A stretch of DNA of 64,000 nucleotides from a virus. Made by a program: the position numbers and the translations under genes. Below the pieces are notes generated by a model that saw nothing but the letters and a program-made list of their open reading frames with translations, made no database searches and had not been told where the DNA came from. The DNA is taken from IMG/VR virus record IMGVR_UViG_3300033150_001583, positions 8,849 to 72,848 of that record; one strand, given 5' to 3'. Positions 29,493 through 39,270 of this stretch are shown here, in pieces (position 1 is the first letter of the stretch; each line of letters begins with the position of its first letter).

Positions 29493-30485
29493 TTGGTAGG
29501 TATTGGTAGAAGGATATACTATAGAAAAGATAATGGAGAGTTTCTTTTTGATACTGGAGAGAAAATAGGTAGACGTGTTAGAGATTCAACAGTAGAACAA
29601 GACTTGAGCATAATAAAGAGCTTACATCCAGATGTAGAATTGGATAATATAGATTTTATTCAGTTAGAATTTGGAGAGTATAGAGATGCAATATCGCTTA
29701 GTAGGTTTCTAACAGTAGATCCTAAAACAAAGAGGTTACAATTTCATGGAATAGTAGTTCTACATGCTTTTCCATATAACAGTGAAAAAGAAAGTTATAC
29801 TAAGACTGAGGTAGAGGAATTCTATAACAAGGACTATATACAATTCAATCTCAGACAATTACTCAAACAAGATTGGATACAATTCAGATGGATGGATATT
29901 GATGATCTGCATAATCGTCAGATTCATGATGCAGAATGGAAAGACTGTTTAGACGATCCTTATTTAGAGAAATATAGGACTGCTAAGATCGCATTAGCGA
30001 AGGACATTCTTGATAATGGAACATATTGGCCGTTTTCTATAGCCAAATTAGATGGAAAATATTACGTGTATGAGGGTAATCATAGAATAGATGCTATCAA
30101 AACCTATGATAAGTTTTGTGGATGGCCGAGAGATAGGAGATTGCTTTGTATTCTCTATCCTGATTTCTTTATAATATACAAAGACAAAAAAACCTACCAT
30201 AAAGTAATGGATTCTCCTGTAAAGCTCAGGATGCCCTATGTTGATAATCCCTCTAAACCATTCGTTGAACAGTTAATGAGAGTTGGTTTAGCTAAACTAG
30301 TAAGACCTAATGTTGTTGAAGTTACAGTCAATACTTACCATGATCTTTTTGACGTTTCGCAAGTTTATCCTCATTGGCTTAGAAATATTTTTTATGAGTT
30401 TGAACAAAAAGGAAGCAGGATTTTACCTAGTAAGATTATTAATTCAGAGATAGAATGGTCTCGTTTTGTTGAAGGGCGGGTGTGA
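29493..30485 (+). CDS. Fusion: fibre-assembly-like N-domain plus ParB/Srx-fold domain
   Basis: N-terminus 'IGRRIYY.K.NG..LFDTGE...IQLE.G.Y...VDP.T..L.F'; later 'WPFSIAKLDGKYYVYEGNHRIDAI' ParB-like motif. Confidence 0.65.
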   Translation: MVGIGRRIYYRKDNGEFLFDTGEKIGRRVRDSTVEQDLSIIKSLHPDVELDNIDFIQLEFGEYRDAISLSRFLTVDPKTKRLQFHGIVVLHAFPYNSEKESYTKTEVEEFYNKDYIQFNLRQLLKQDWIQFRWMDIDDLHNRQIHDAEWKDCLDDPYLEKYRTAKIALAKDILDNGTYWPFSIAKLDGKYYVYEGNHRIDAIKTYDKFCGWPRDRRLLCILYPDFFIIYKDKKTYHKVMDSPVKLRMPYVDNPSKPFVEQLMRVGLAKLVRPNVVEVTVNTYHDLFDVSQVYPHWLRNIFYEFEQKGSRILPSKIINSEIEWSRFVEGRV

Positions 30486-30488
30486 TGA

Positions 30489-31520
30489 ATGAATAAGATT
30501 GGTAGAAAAATATATTACTTAAAGAAGAATGGATTAGTCTTATTTGATACTGGAGAGAAAATAGGCACAAGTGTTAAACAGACCACCTATGAAGATGATA
30601 TTAAGGCTGCGGGTTTAGAGCGATTACATCAAGAAGGCAAAATAGATGTAATTGAGCTTGAATATGGGCAGTATAAGGAGGAGTTCGAACGGGCTTGTTA
30701 TATCAAAGTAAATCCTAAAACAAAGAAGTTAAAGTTTTATTTAGGGGATCGCGTTTATAAGATAGAATTTTATAACGGAGAAGAAAAATACACAAAAGAA
30801 GAAGTGGAGTATATCTATGATCAGTATGTTAATTTTAATCTGAGGAAGATATTAGAAGAAAATATTCCTAAAGTAAGTTTTAGATGGGTTTCTTTAGATG
30901 ATCTAGTAATTAGAGAGGATATACTTGTTAGGTCGTGGAAGAATTATTATAAAGATGGATATTTGGAAGATAGTTCGTTAGATAGAACTCTCCTTGCTAG
31001 GGATATACTTAAGCATGGTACATATTGGCCTATATTAATTGAGAATAATGGAAATGGATTGGTTGTGCATGAGGGCAATCATAGAGTTATATCTGCAAAA
31101 CTTTTTCAACTCGAAGGAGGTTGGCCTAAAAATAGAAGGTTTTTAGCAATAGAGGTTTTTGGTGATTATCCAAGACTTAAGAAAAGTAATCCGCAGGTAG
31201 TTTTACCTAAACCTGTTAGGCAAAGAATTCCCTTTGTTACTAAATTTCCAAGTGTGTCTAGGGATGACAAGGATACCTTAAAGTATATGGAGGAACAAGC
31301 GATAAACTTTGTAGATGATAAGGGGATAATGATTGAACTTTATGCTGATACTTATGAAGAATTTTTTATGTACAATCAAATGATTCCTCATTGGTTAAGA
31401 AATTTATTGTATGAATATAAAACCAAGAAAGGTATTATTATTAAACCTAGTAAAATCTTAAATGATGAAGAAGAATGGAATAAGTGGAGCAGAGGGGGTC
31501 GTCTATGTTCAGTAAGGTAA
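30489..31520 (+). CDS. Paralog of the upstream fusion protein (fibre-assembly-like plus ParB/Srx-fold)
   Basis: Same N-terminal motif; 'WPILIENNGNGLVVHEGNHRVISA'; shared C-terminal 'PHWLRN..YE' motif. Confidence 0.65.
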   Translation: MNKIGRKIYYLKKNGLVLFDTGEKIGTSVKQTTYEDDIKAAGLERLHQEGKIDVIELEYGQYKEEFERACYIKVNPKTKKLKFYLGDRVYKIEFYNGEEKYTKEEVEYIYDQYVNFNLRKILEENIPKVSFRWVSLDDLVIREDILVRSWKNYYKDGYLEDSSLDRTLLARDILKHGTYWPILIENNGNGLVVHEGNHRVISAKLFQLEGGWPKNRRFLAIEVFGDYPRLKKSNPQVVLPKPVRQRIPFVTKFPSVSRDDKDTLKYMEEQAINFVDDKGIMIELYADTYEEFFMYNQMIPHWLRNLLYEYKTKKGIIIKPSKILNDEEEWNKWSRGGRLCSVR

Positions 31521-32413
31521 AAAGAGTAGAAATTGAAATTCATAGTTATTGTAATCGCAAGTGTCCTTGGTGTCCTAATGGTTATGTAGATAGGAGCTTT
31601 TATAAGGAATTAGACGAGGAGGTTTATTTAGAAATTTTGAGGGACTTGAAAAGAAATAATTTTGATTATATGAGAGATAAGAATGATAAAAAACGTATTA
31701 CTATTCATAGGTTTTTTGAACCCTTGTCTAATGCAGAATTAGTTAAAAAGAGAGTTATACAGGGACATGAGATAATTCCTAAAGCGGAATTTAGTCTGAA
31801 TACAAATGGGGATTTTTTAAGTCCAGAGGTCTTGGATGGATTATATTTAGAAAGTTTATATATTATGGACTATGATTGTAAAGGAAGAGAATATTGGCTG
31901 GAGAAATTTAAGAAACTTAATGTACTTTTTATAAATGAAAGGGATAATTTGTTAATTGGTACTCATAAGAATATAAATAAGGTTGTGTGTTGTTTAGATT
32001 GGCCTAAACATGCTGAACTTGAAGATAGAGCGGGGTTTTTACCTGAAGAAGTTTATTATAACGGAGAAAAAATGTCTTGGAAAAATAATAGAGATGTTAG
32101 AAGAGAACCTTGCTTGGAGCCTACGTACTTTATATCAATTGACTATAATGGTAATGTTATGCCTTGTTGTCATATGAGAAGTGATATACCTAGATACTCT
32201 GAGTTTATATTAGGCAATGTGTATAAAAACAAACTCAGTGAGATATTTTCGTCTGAGAAAGCTGAATCACTAAGGAAACTCCTATATAGTTCGAATTATT
32301 CCCAATTTCCAAGTCATTGTCGTCATTGCCAAAAAACCCGTGATGAAAGATTTCTTAGAAGGTTTTTAGATAGAGAAGAAATAGAAAAAATAAGGAAAAT
32401 GAGGGAAAAGTAA
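31505..32413 (+). CDS. Radical SAM enzyme with Twitch/SPASM domain
   Basis: CNRKCPWC; 'TNGDFL'; C-terminal C.EP...G.V.PCC...LGN...C..C. Confidence 0.85.
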   Translation: MFSKVKRVEIEIHSYCNRKCPWCPNGYVDRSFYKELDEEVYLEILRDLKRNNFDYMRDKNDKKRITIHRFFEPLSNAELVKKRVIQGHEIIPKAEFSLNTNGDFLSPEVLDGLYLESLYIMDYDCKGREYWLEKFKKLNVLFINERDNLLIGTHKNINKVVCCLDWPKHAELEDRAGFLPEEVYYNGEKMSWKNNRDVRREPCLEPTYFISIDYNGNVMPCCHMRSDIPRYSEFILGNVYKNKLSEIFSSEKAESLRKLLYSSNYSQFPSHCRHCQKTRDERFLRRFLDREEIEKIRKMREK

Positions 32414-32415
32414 CG

Positions 32416-33252
32416 ATGTTATCTGAGGTGAGACTTGTTGAAATAGAAATTCATAGCAAATGTAATCGTAAGTGTTTATGGTGTCCAAATAGAGAGTTGG
32501 ACAGAACAAAGTTTATAGAGATGTCGTCAAGTATTTATAAAAAATTTTTATATGAATTGCGAGATGGTAACTTTAGTGGCACTATAACTTACTCAAGATA
32601 TAATGAGCCATTTTATGATATTAGCCTGTTCAAAAAAAGAGTGAAAGAGGCAAAATCAATTTTGCCAGATGTAAAACTTGTAACTAATACTAATGGGGAT
32701 TTTTTATCTCGCGAAAATTTAGATGGCCTTTTAATAGATGATTTAACTATCATGGATTATGACTGTATTGGTTTATATCAGTGTCAGCGGAGATTAATAG
32801 AGTTGGGTGTTAAGATAACTAAACTCGATTATCCATATATTTACGGAACACATAAAAATATTAGTAAGGTGTTGTATTTTGTTGATTGGCCTAGACATGC
32901 GCTTTTTGAAGATAGGGGTGGTTTTCTAAGAGATAAAAATTTGCGGTGGAAAAATAATCGAGAAAGAAGAAAGAGACCATGCTTAGAACCAAGGTATTTT
33001 ATTGCAGTTGATTATAATGGTAATGTTACTCCTTGTTGTCATATTCGTAGTGATATCAAAGAGCATAAGCCTTATATTTTGGGAAATTTATATCAACAAG
33101 ATATTGTGACTATTTTTTATAGCGATAAGGCTAGAAAATTTAGGGAGTTATTATCTAGTAATAAATATGATGAATATCCCTTCCCCTGTCAACATTGTCA
33201 AAAAGATGCGGGGAGATATACAAGAGATAATCCTAGCATTGATTTTGATTAA
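32416..33252 (+). CDS. Radical SAM enzyme with Twitch/SPASM domain (paralog)
   Basis: CNRKCLWC; same C-terminal Cys pattern; visibly similar to the upstream gene. Confidence 0.85.
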   Translation: MLSEVRLVEIEIHSKCNRKCLWCPNRELDRTKFIEMSSSIYKKFLYELRDGNFSGTITYSRYNEPFYDISLFKKRVKEAKSILPDVKLVTNTNGDFLSRENLDGLLIDDLTIMDYDCIGLYQCQRRLIELGVKITKLDYPYIYGTHKNISKVLYFVDWPRHALFEDRGGFLRDKNLRWKNNRERRKRPCLEPRYFIAVDYNGNVTPCCHIRSDIKEHKPYILGNLYQQDIVTIFYSDKARKFRELLSSNKYDEYPFPCQHCQKDAGRYTRDNPSIDFD

Positions 33253-33259
33253 AGGAGGG

Positions 33260-33916
33260 ATGGTTATTAAGTTAGGGGTTTTTATTCCAGGTAGACTTAA
33301 GAGTGAAAGGTTGCCGAATAAACTTATTCTTCCTATTGGAAAGTCGTGTTTGTGGGATATAGCATGTAGAAAATTAAATACACTCCCTGATAAGTATAAC
33401 AAGTATGCACTTGTCTGCGATAAAGAATTAATTGATATAGCTTCAAAATATCATAATATTAAAGTAATACATAGAGATAGAGAGACTGCCGAGGCTGAGG
33501 GGCCTTTGAAATTTATTTTTAAAGATTTGAAAGATGTAGAAGATACTCACTTAATGTTTCTTAATCCTTGTTTAAGTTTTTTGACCAAAGAAACTATTCA
33601 GAGATGCCTAGAAGAGTTCGAAGAACAGAAGTATGATTATGCGACAAGTGTTAAAAAGTTGCAGAATTGGATCTTTGATGAAAATGGTATTCCTTTAAAT
33701 TCTATTGATTATAAAAGACTTACTACAAAAGAAATCAAACCGATATACCAAGCTGCCCATTGTTTCCATATTTTTAATAAAGAAAAATTTTTTGAGGATG
33801 GAATGATGCTGAAACCTGGGCACGGGCTTATTGAAGTTCCTTACGAAGAAACTATTGATGTAGATACTTTAGAAGATTATCGGTATGTGAGGTATAGACA
33901 TGAGATATGTAGTTGA
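33260..33916 (+). CDS. Acylneuraminate cytidylyltransferase (NeuA/CMP-nonulosonate synthetase family)
   Basis: 'FIPGRLKSERLPNK' matches the IPAR.GSKR.P.K motif; C-terminal 'IDVDTLEDY'; ATG at 33260 behind AAGGAGG. Confidence 0.8.
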   Translation: MVIKLGVFIPGRLKSERLPNKLILPIGKSCLWDIACRKLNTLPDKYNKYALVCDKELIDIASKYHNIKVIHRDRETAEAEGPLKFIFKDLKDVEDTHLMFLNPCLSFLTKETIQRCLEEFEEQKYDYATSVKKLQNWIFDENGIPLNSIDYKRLTTKEIKPIYQAAHCFHIFNKEKFFEDGMMLKPGHGLIEVPYEETIDVDTLEDYRYVRYRHEICS

Positions 33917-34196
33917 TATAGACGGGACTATTTGCACTCAAAGAGAAAAAGGTGATTATGAAAATGCTGAACCCTTGCCAGAAAGGATAGAAAAGATAAA
34001 TAAATTATATGATGAAGGTCATACTATTTGGTTTTTTACAGCTAGGGGTTCTGAGACAGGAATAAATTGGCGGGAACTCACAGAAAAACAACTTAAAGAT
34101 TGGGGTGTTAAATATCACAGATTATTGTTTGGTAAACCTAGTGCTGATAGATATATAGACGACAAAGCTGTAAATGCTAACGAAAAGGAATGGTAG
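33900..34196 (+). CDS. Small capless HAD phosphatase (capsule-biosynthesis type)
   Basis: HAD motifs DIDGT, TAR, GKP, IDD. Confidence 0.8.
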   Translation: MRYVVDIDGTICTQREKGDYENAEPLPERIEKINKLYDEGHTIWFFTARGSETGINWRELTEKQLKDWGVKYHRLLFGKPSADRYIDDKAVNANEKEW

Positions 34197-34197
34197 T

Positions 34198-34518
34198 ATG
34201 GAGAATATAAGGGTGATAAATAAAAAATGGGGCAAAGAAAAGTGGATAAAAGTAACAGATAATTATGCTTTTAAGATATTGGAAATAAGCAGAGGTTGTT
34301 CTACTTCCCTGCACTATCATAAATACAAAGAAGAAACATGGTATGTTATTGAGGGTTTGGGGATTGCTCAAGTTAATAATAGGATAATACGTATAGAAGA
34401 AGGAGATTTTATTCACATTAAACCCAAGGTTTGTCATAGGTTAAGTGCTATTGAAAATTTGAAAATAGCCGAAGTTTCTACCTCTGAATTATGGGATGTG
34501 GTGAGGGTGATGAAGTAA
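34198..34518 (+). CDS. Cupin (mannose-6-phosphate isomerase type II-like)
   Basis: 'K.WG.E', 'SLHYH..KEETWYV..G.G', 'H.I..K..HRL' cupin motifs. Confidence 0.75.
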   Translation: MENIRVINKKWGKEKWIKVTDNYAFKILEISRGCSTSLHYHKYKEETWYVIEGLGIAQVNNRIIRIEEGDFIHIKPKVCHRLSAIENLKIAEVSTSELWDVVRVMK

Positions 34519-35351
34519 TGTTTATAGGTGAAATAGGTATTAATCATAATGGTAATATCGAATTAGCTAAGAAAATTATAGATATGGCAAAAAGAGCTGG
34601 GGTCGATGTTGTTAAGTTTCAAAAGAGGAATCCCGATTTATGTGTTCCCAAGGAACAGAAAAACAAAATTAAGGATACTCCTTGGGGTAGAATGACTTAT
34701 ATTGAATATAAGCATAAGATTGAATTTGGGAAGGACGAATATGATGAAATAGATAGGTATTGTAAGGATAATCAAATATTATGGACAGCAAGTGTTTGGG
34801 ATGTAGATAGTTTGGATTTTATTTTGCAGTATGATGTGCCTTTTATAAAAATTCCTAGTGCTTGTATTACTGATTTAGAATTACTTACAAGAGTTAAAGG
34901 TGCTAACAAACCAGTAATTATTTCTACAGGAATGAGTACAGAGCAAGAGATAGAAAAAGCAGTTAATATTTTAGATAATGTAGATCTTACAATAATGCAT
35001 TGTAATAGCAGTTATCCAGCTAATGATAACGAATTGGATTTACGGGTTATTTGTACTTTAAAGAAAAAATTTCTGTGGCACAAGATAGGATACAGTAGTC
35101 ATGACCTTGGAATAGGTGCTTGTATTGTAGCAAAAGTATTAGGGGCCGAGGTTATTGAAAAACACATTACTTTAGATAAAACTATGTGGGGTAGTGATCA
35201 AAAAATTAGCTTGGAATTTGATGAGTTAAGTGAATTAATACAGTATTTGAAAAGAATACCTGTTTGGCTAGGGGATAATGTAATAAAAGTTTATGATTCT
35301 GAAAAGAAAATTAGGAATAAATTAAGAAGGGTACGAAATGAGGTGAAATAA
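34518..35351 (+). CDS. neuB: NeuB-family nonulosonate synthase (short form, no C-terminal SAF domain)
   Basis: 'FIGEIGINHNG', 'VKFQKR', 'MHCNSSYP', 'GYSSH', 'IEKHITLD' signatures. Confidence 0.9.
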   Translation: MFIGEIGINHNGNIELAKKIIDMAKRAGVDVVKFQKRNPDLCVPKEQKNKIKDTPWGRMTYIEYKHKIEFGKDEYDEIDRYCKDNQILWTASVWDVDSLDFILQYDVPFIKIPSACITDLELLTRVKGANKPVIISTGMSTEQEIEKAVNILDNVDLTIMHCNSSYPANDNELDLRVICTLKKKFLWHKIGYSSHDLGIGACIVAKVLGAEVIEKHITLDKTMWGSDQKISLEFDELSELIQYLKRIPVWLGDNVIKVYDSEKKIRNKLRRVRNEVK

Positions 35352-37256
35352 ATGTCTTTAACTGAAATAGGTGGGTCACTAATTAGTCTTCCTGTAAATG
35401 ATAACTTTGATTATTTACATACCTTTTCAAAAGATATTATTAAAGAAAATATAGGATATGGTATAAGAAGTGGTTTAAATGTGCAAGCCCAAACTGTTCC
35501 AGATATGACAGTAAAGGTTACTAGTGGTGTTGCTTACTTACCTACTGGATTAAGAGTTCAATTGCCCGAAACTAATTTAAGTATATCTAACCCTAGTGTA
35601 GTCCAACATACAAATGAACCGCATGATACTGATGTAAATGGTATATTTACTACGGATTTAATGCCTATTGTTGATGTTAATGGTAGTTTCGCGGGAGTAA
35701 ATGATGTAACAGTAACAAAAGTTTCAGATGGTACTACAGTAACAGTTGACTCTATTGCTCCTGATATTGGTCAAATTGATACTGCTTTAACTGAGATAAC
35801 AAGTGTTGAGGTAGATTATTACCACGGTCAAGAAAGAATAGATATTATAGTTATAAATACAAGTGGGAATTTAGAGGTAATTGAGGGTACTCCCGCTAAT
35901 AGTAATCCCTCTCCCCCATCTACTCCTGTTGGTGCTTTAAAACTTGCAGAAATTTACGTAAAACCTAAGAGTGTGGTTTCTATAGAAAGTACTGATATAA
36001 CAAATACTAGTGTTATCAAGGGTATTCATTTAGATTCGAATTTTAATCTTGTTGTTGAACAGGACTTAATTGTAAAAGGTGCTCAATCAGTTGGTCAAGT
36101 TGTTAATGAAACTTTGGTTGTTCGTGATTATCTATATAATGACCAAACGGGTATGGCACTTAAGATTAATGATGATTTAAATGTAGTTGGAAATATAACA
36201 TTGGGTGGTACAGTGAATGGTCGAGATATAGCAAGTGATGGATTGACGTTGGATAATCATATAGCGAAGGAGGTGGATACTTCTTCAACAGATACTACCA
36301 AAGATAAACATGTCTCTAATGCACTTGCCAAGGGATGGGAAGACCACAAAAATTCGGTGGGAAATGTACATAATACCAGTCACAATCAATTAAATAATAT
36401 TGGTCAAGTTGATGTTACCTCTACTGATACTACTAAAGACAAACATGTTAGTAATGCTTTAGCTAAGGGCTGGGAAGATCATAAAAATTCTCCTCATTTA
36501 CAATTAGGAGAAACTTCTACTACTGCTTACCGTGGTGATAGAGGTAAAATAGCTTATGACCATGCTATTTCAACTGGCAATGCACATAATATGGATCATG
36601 CTGATTTGAATTTGATTTTGGGGGTAAATACAACTTCAACTAACACAACTAAGGATAAGCATGTTAGTGATGCTTTAGCTAAGGGTTGGGAAGATCATAA
36701 AAATGCTAGTGCTCCTCACCCTGGGCATGTTAAAAAGTCTGGTGATACAATAACAGGCACTATTACCTTGGGTAATGGTGCTTTACTTAGAAAGACAGAT
36801 AGTACAAATACGACGTATACCATAATAGATAATGATGCAAAAGTATGGCGAGCAGTTTATAACGACTTAGCAGAATGGTTTAAAAAAGCGGAGGATAATT
36901 TGGAACCTGGTGACTTACTTGCTATGTCGCCTAACGGTGTTGTTAAGACGCAAGGAATTCTAGATAGGAAAGTAGTTGGTGTATACTCAGATACGTTTGG
37001 CTTTTGTCTTGGTGGAGAAGCGTATGAAAATATGATGGATAATGAAAAAGACCATGCTCCAGTAGCTATTTCTGGCCGCGTTAAAGCAAAAGTTATAGGC
37101 AGAGCATCAATTGGAGATTTTGTAGTACCAAGCGATATTCCAGGAGTGGGTATGATATCCAAGGAACCTGTATTAGGATGTACAGTGGGTAAGGTTTTAG
37201 AAGAAAAAACATCTGTTAATATAAAGCGTATCTGGATATTAGTAATGAATAGTTAA
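35352..37256 (+). CDS. Tail fibre/spike with C-terminal intramolecular chaperone (peptidase G2-like) domain
   Basis: C-terminal 'NDLAEWF...EPGDL...VVGVYS...VAISGRV..KV.G....GDFVVPS.IPGVG' pattern; three internal KDKHVS.ALAKGWEDHKN repeats. Confidence 0.7.
   Translation: MSLTEIGGSLISLPVNDNFDYLHTFSKDIIKENIGYGIRSGLNVQAQTVPDMTVKVTSGVAYLPTGLRVQLPETNLSISNPSVVQHTNEPHDTDVNGIFTTDLMPIVDVNGSFAGVNDVTVTKVSDGTTVTVDSIAPDIGQIDTALTEITSVEVDYYHGQERIDIIVINTSGNLEVIEGTPANSNPSPPSTPVGALKLAEIYVKPKSVVSIESTDITNTSVIKGIHLDSNFNLVVEQDLIVKGAQSVGQVVNETLVVRDYLYNDQTGMALKINDDLNVVGNITLGGTVNGRDIASDGLTLDNHIAKEVDTSSTDTTKDKHVSNALAKGWEDHKNSVGNVHNTSHNQLNNIGQVDVTSTDTTKDKHVSNALAKGWEDHKNSPHLQLGETSTTAYRGDRGKIAYDHAISTGNAHNMDHADLNLILGVNTTSTNTTKDKHVSDALAKGWEDHKNASAPHPGHVKKSGDTITGTITLGNGALLRKTDSTNTTYTIIDNDAKVWRAVYNDLAEWFKKAEDNLEPGDLLAMSPNGVVKTQGILDRKVVGVYSDTFGFCLGGEAYENMMDNEKDHAPVAISGRVKAKVIGRASIGDFVVPSDIPGVGMISKEPVLGCTVGKVLEEKTSVNIKRIWILVMNS
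36275..36705 (+). repeat. Three copies of an about 80-nt coding repeat (D/N-T-S/T-ST.TTKDKHVS.ALAKGWEDHKN)
   Basis: Copies near 36275, 36410 and 36628. Confidence 0.85.
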
Positions 37257-37269
37257 AGGTGGTGAAATT

Positions 37270-37632
37270 ATGGGTGAAGCTCCAAGTGTAAATTATGTTG
37301 ACCCTGGGGAGCAAACTAATAAATCTAAGTTGGATGCTTTAAAAGCTGATGTAGACAATGCGCTAACAACTACTGGTGCTTCTTTTACATGGACGGAGTG
37401 GCCGATAAGTGTTGGAGAAGCAATAAACGATGCAGATATTCTTGAGTTAAGAAGTGCCCTTGATGTTGCTTATGATAATCTTGATATAGGATGTTCAACT
37501 TATCACTCAACTGTTTATAGTGCTACATATAGTGACTATGGGGATGATTCTGAGGATTCTCATGATTCTTCAGATGATAGTAATAATAGTGTTAGATCAT
37601 TTAACTCTGGGGATTTTAATCTTTATGATTAG
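37270..37632 (+). CDS. Small protein with D/S/N/Y-rich C-terminal core; putative radical-SAM substrate
   Basis: Leader-like N-terminus; core CSTYHSTVYSATYSDYGDDSEDSHDSSDDSNNSVRS; directly upstream of rSAM genes. Confidence 0.6.
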   Translation: MGEAPSVNYVDPGEQTNKSKLDALKADVDNALTTTGASFTWTEWPISVGEAINDADILELRSALDVAYDNLDIGCSTYHSTVYSATYSDYGDDSEDSHDSSDDSNNSVRSFNSGDFNLYD

Positions 37633-37644
37633 GAGGCGATTAAT

Positions 37645-37875
37645 TTGCCTTATGCATGGGTACAGAGTATTCCTGGAGATGGTGTGCTTGATGAACAAAT
37701 TGATGAAATTAAAAGTGTAGCTGATTATATAAATTCTAGTCATTGTCCTGGTTACTATGGTTCTGTTAAATCTGCTAATCATATTACTCACTATGGTGAT
37801 TATGGTGATGATAGTGATGATAGTGTCAATACTAATAATTCTGATAGAAGTGATAATAGCGTAAATTTAGCCTGA
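37645..37875 (+). CDS. Paralogous small D/S/N-rich protein; putative radical-SAM substrate
   Basis: AGGAGG RBS, TTG start; shares C-x-x-Y-x3-V-x-SA...DYGDDS(E/D)DS...NNS-x-RS with the upstream gene. Confidence 0.6.
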   Translation: MPYAWVQSIPGDGVLDEQIDEIKSVADYINSSHCPGYYGSVKSANHITHYGDYGDDSDDSVNTNNSDRSDNSVNLA

Positions 37876-37890
37876 TTAAGGGGTGTTTAT

Positions 37891-39270
37891 ATGATTACAA
37901 TTAAAAAAGCTGGTGGTCGTGTTAAAGATATTAATATTTTCTTCTCCGCGAAGTGTAATATGAACTGTGCATATTGTTATATACCTAAAACAAAATATTT
38001 GAATAAAGTTAATGAGAAAGTCAGAGAATCTTTAATAAATGGATCTATAGTAAAAAATATTAAGTCGTTTGTTGATCCAGAAGACATGAGTACTGTATCA
38101 TTGTGGGGGGCAGAGCCTACTCTCAACTCTGACTGTGCTGAAAAATTTTTTAGTGATCTTTTCAAAGAATTTCCTATGATAGATACTGTTGAATTTTCTA
38201 CCAATACACTTTTAGGTTGTGAGTATATATTAGAAATAGTTGATGCTGTTGATAAATGTTCATATAAGTTAAAGAATCCTGAAAATATTGGAGTAGATAT
38301 TCAAATATCTTTAGATGGCCCAGCGTGGATAACAGATGCTAATAGACATCCCAATGCAACAGCAAAGATTATAAAAGTTTATAAGTCTTTAGTAGATGAA
38401 TTCTCCGTTAGAAAATATGGAAATTTAAAGAAAGTTAATATTCATTTTAAGCCGACTCTTACTTGTGAGAATATGAGAGAAATGAATAATGACTTGAATA
38501 AGTTAGTAGGTTGGTATAAGTTTTTTGAAGAACTAGTGGATTATAGGCGAAAATGTAAAAAAAAGCATGGTGTTCTTGGTTATATTCCAGCACCTTTACC
38601 AACAATAGTAACTCCTGGGAAACATACATCAGAAGATGGTAAACAGCTTGCTCAGTGGATACGTAATACTAAGGGAGTAGATACTTCACAGTTTAAATAT
38701 TATAAACAGCCTTTATTTACTCAACCTCTTACAAAAGTAAAACACTTTATAGAAATTAATCAAGAAGTAGCAGGAAGATTTCATGAATTAACTTGTGGTG
38801 GAGCAGATGCTTCTTTTGCGCTGGGTGTTCAGAATGACATTCACCCGTGTCATAGAAATTTTATATGTAATTCTTATTTGGAATATCCTTCAGCTAAAGA
38901 GAGGTTGGCTAGTAGAAATTTGGTTGTAGAGGTTGGGGATGATACTAACTTACTTCGGTTACTTTATATAACTAGGGGGTATCATGACTTCTTTTCTGCA
39001 CGGGCGGCCTTTATAACTGCTGCGGTGAAACGTTTAGCTATGTGTGGTCAGGCTGATGAGATTTATCTATATAATGATGATCTTTGTATGTTGCTTGGAG
39101 TAGCTTTATCAGGTATTACATGTTATATAGGTTCTGTAGTAGAATCTACAAGTGTTCATCTTCCAATGTTGTCGTTAATTAGATTGCTTGCAAATGGTGC
39201 ATTTCAGGAGCTTTTAGAAATGTTATTAGAAAGGTGGGGTAATGGGCATGGATTATCACTTGGAAAATAA
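37891..39270 (+). CDS. Radical SAM peptide-maturase-like enzyme with degenerate SPASM
   Basis: CNMNCAYC; 'LWGAEPTL'; 'CGG...IHPCHR' but lacks the distal SPASM Cys cluster. Confidence 0.8.
   Translation: MITIKKAGGRVKDINIFFSAKCNMNCAYCYIPKTKYLNKVNEKVRESLINGSIVKNIKSFVDPEDMSTVSLWGAEPTLNSDCAEKFFSDLFKEFPMIDTVEFSTNTLLGCEYILEIVDAVDKCSYKLKNPENIGVDIQISLDGPAWITDANRHPNATAKIIKVYKSLVDEFSVRKYGNLKKVNIHFKPTLTCENMREMNNDLNKLVGWYKFFEELVDYRRKCKKKHGVLGYIPAPLPTIVTPGKHTSEDGKQLAQWIRNTKGVDTSQFKYYKQPLFTQPLTKVKHFIEINQEVAGRFHELTCGGADASFALGVQNDIHPCHRNFICNSYLEYPSAKERLASRNLVVEVGDDTNLLRLLYITRGYHDFFSARAAFITAAVKRLAMCGQADEIYLYNDDLCMLLGVALSGITCYIGSVVESTSVHLPMLSLIRLLANGAFQELLEMLLERWGNGHGLSLGK

Noticed and set aside
29493-31520. 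Conventional ParAB partition system
   Set aside because: No ParA in the window; the ParB-like domains are fused to a fibre-associated domain and no HTH is evident.
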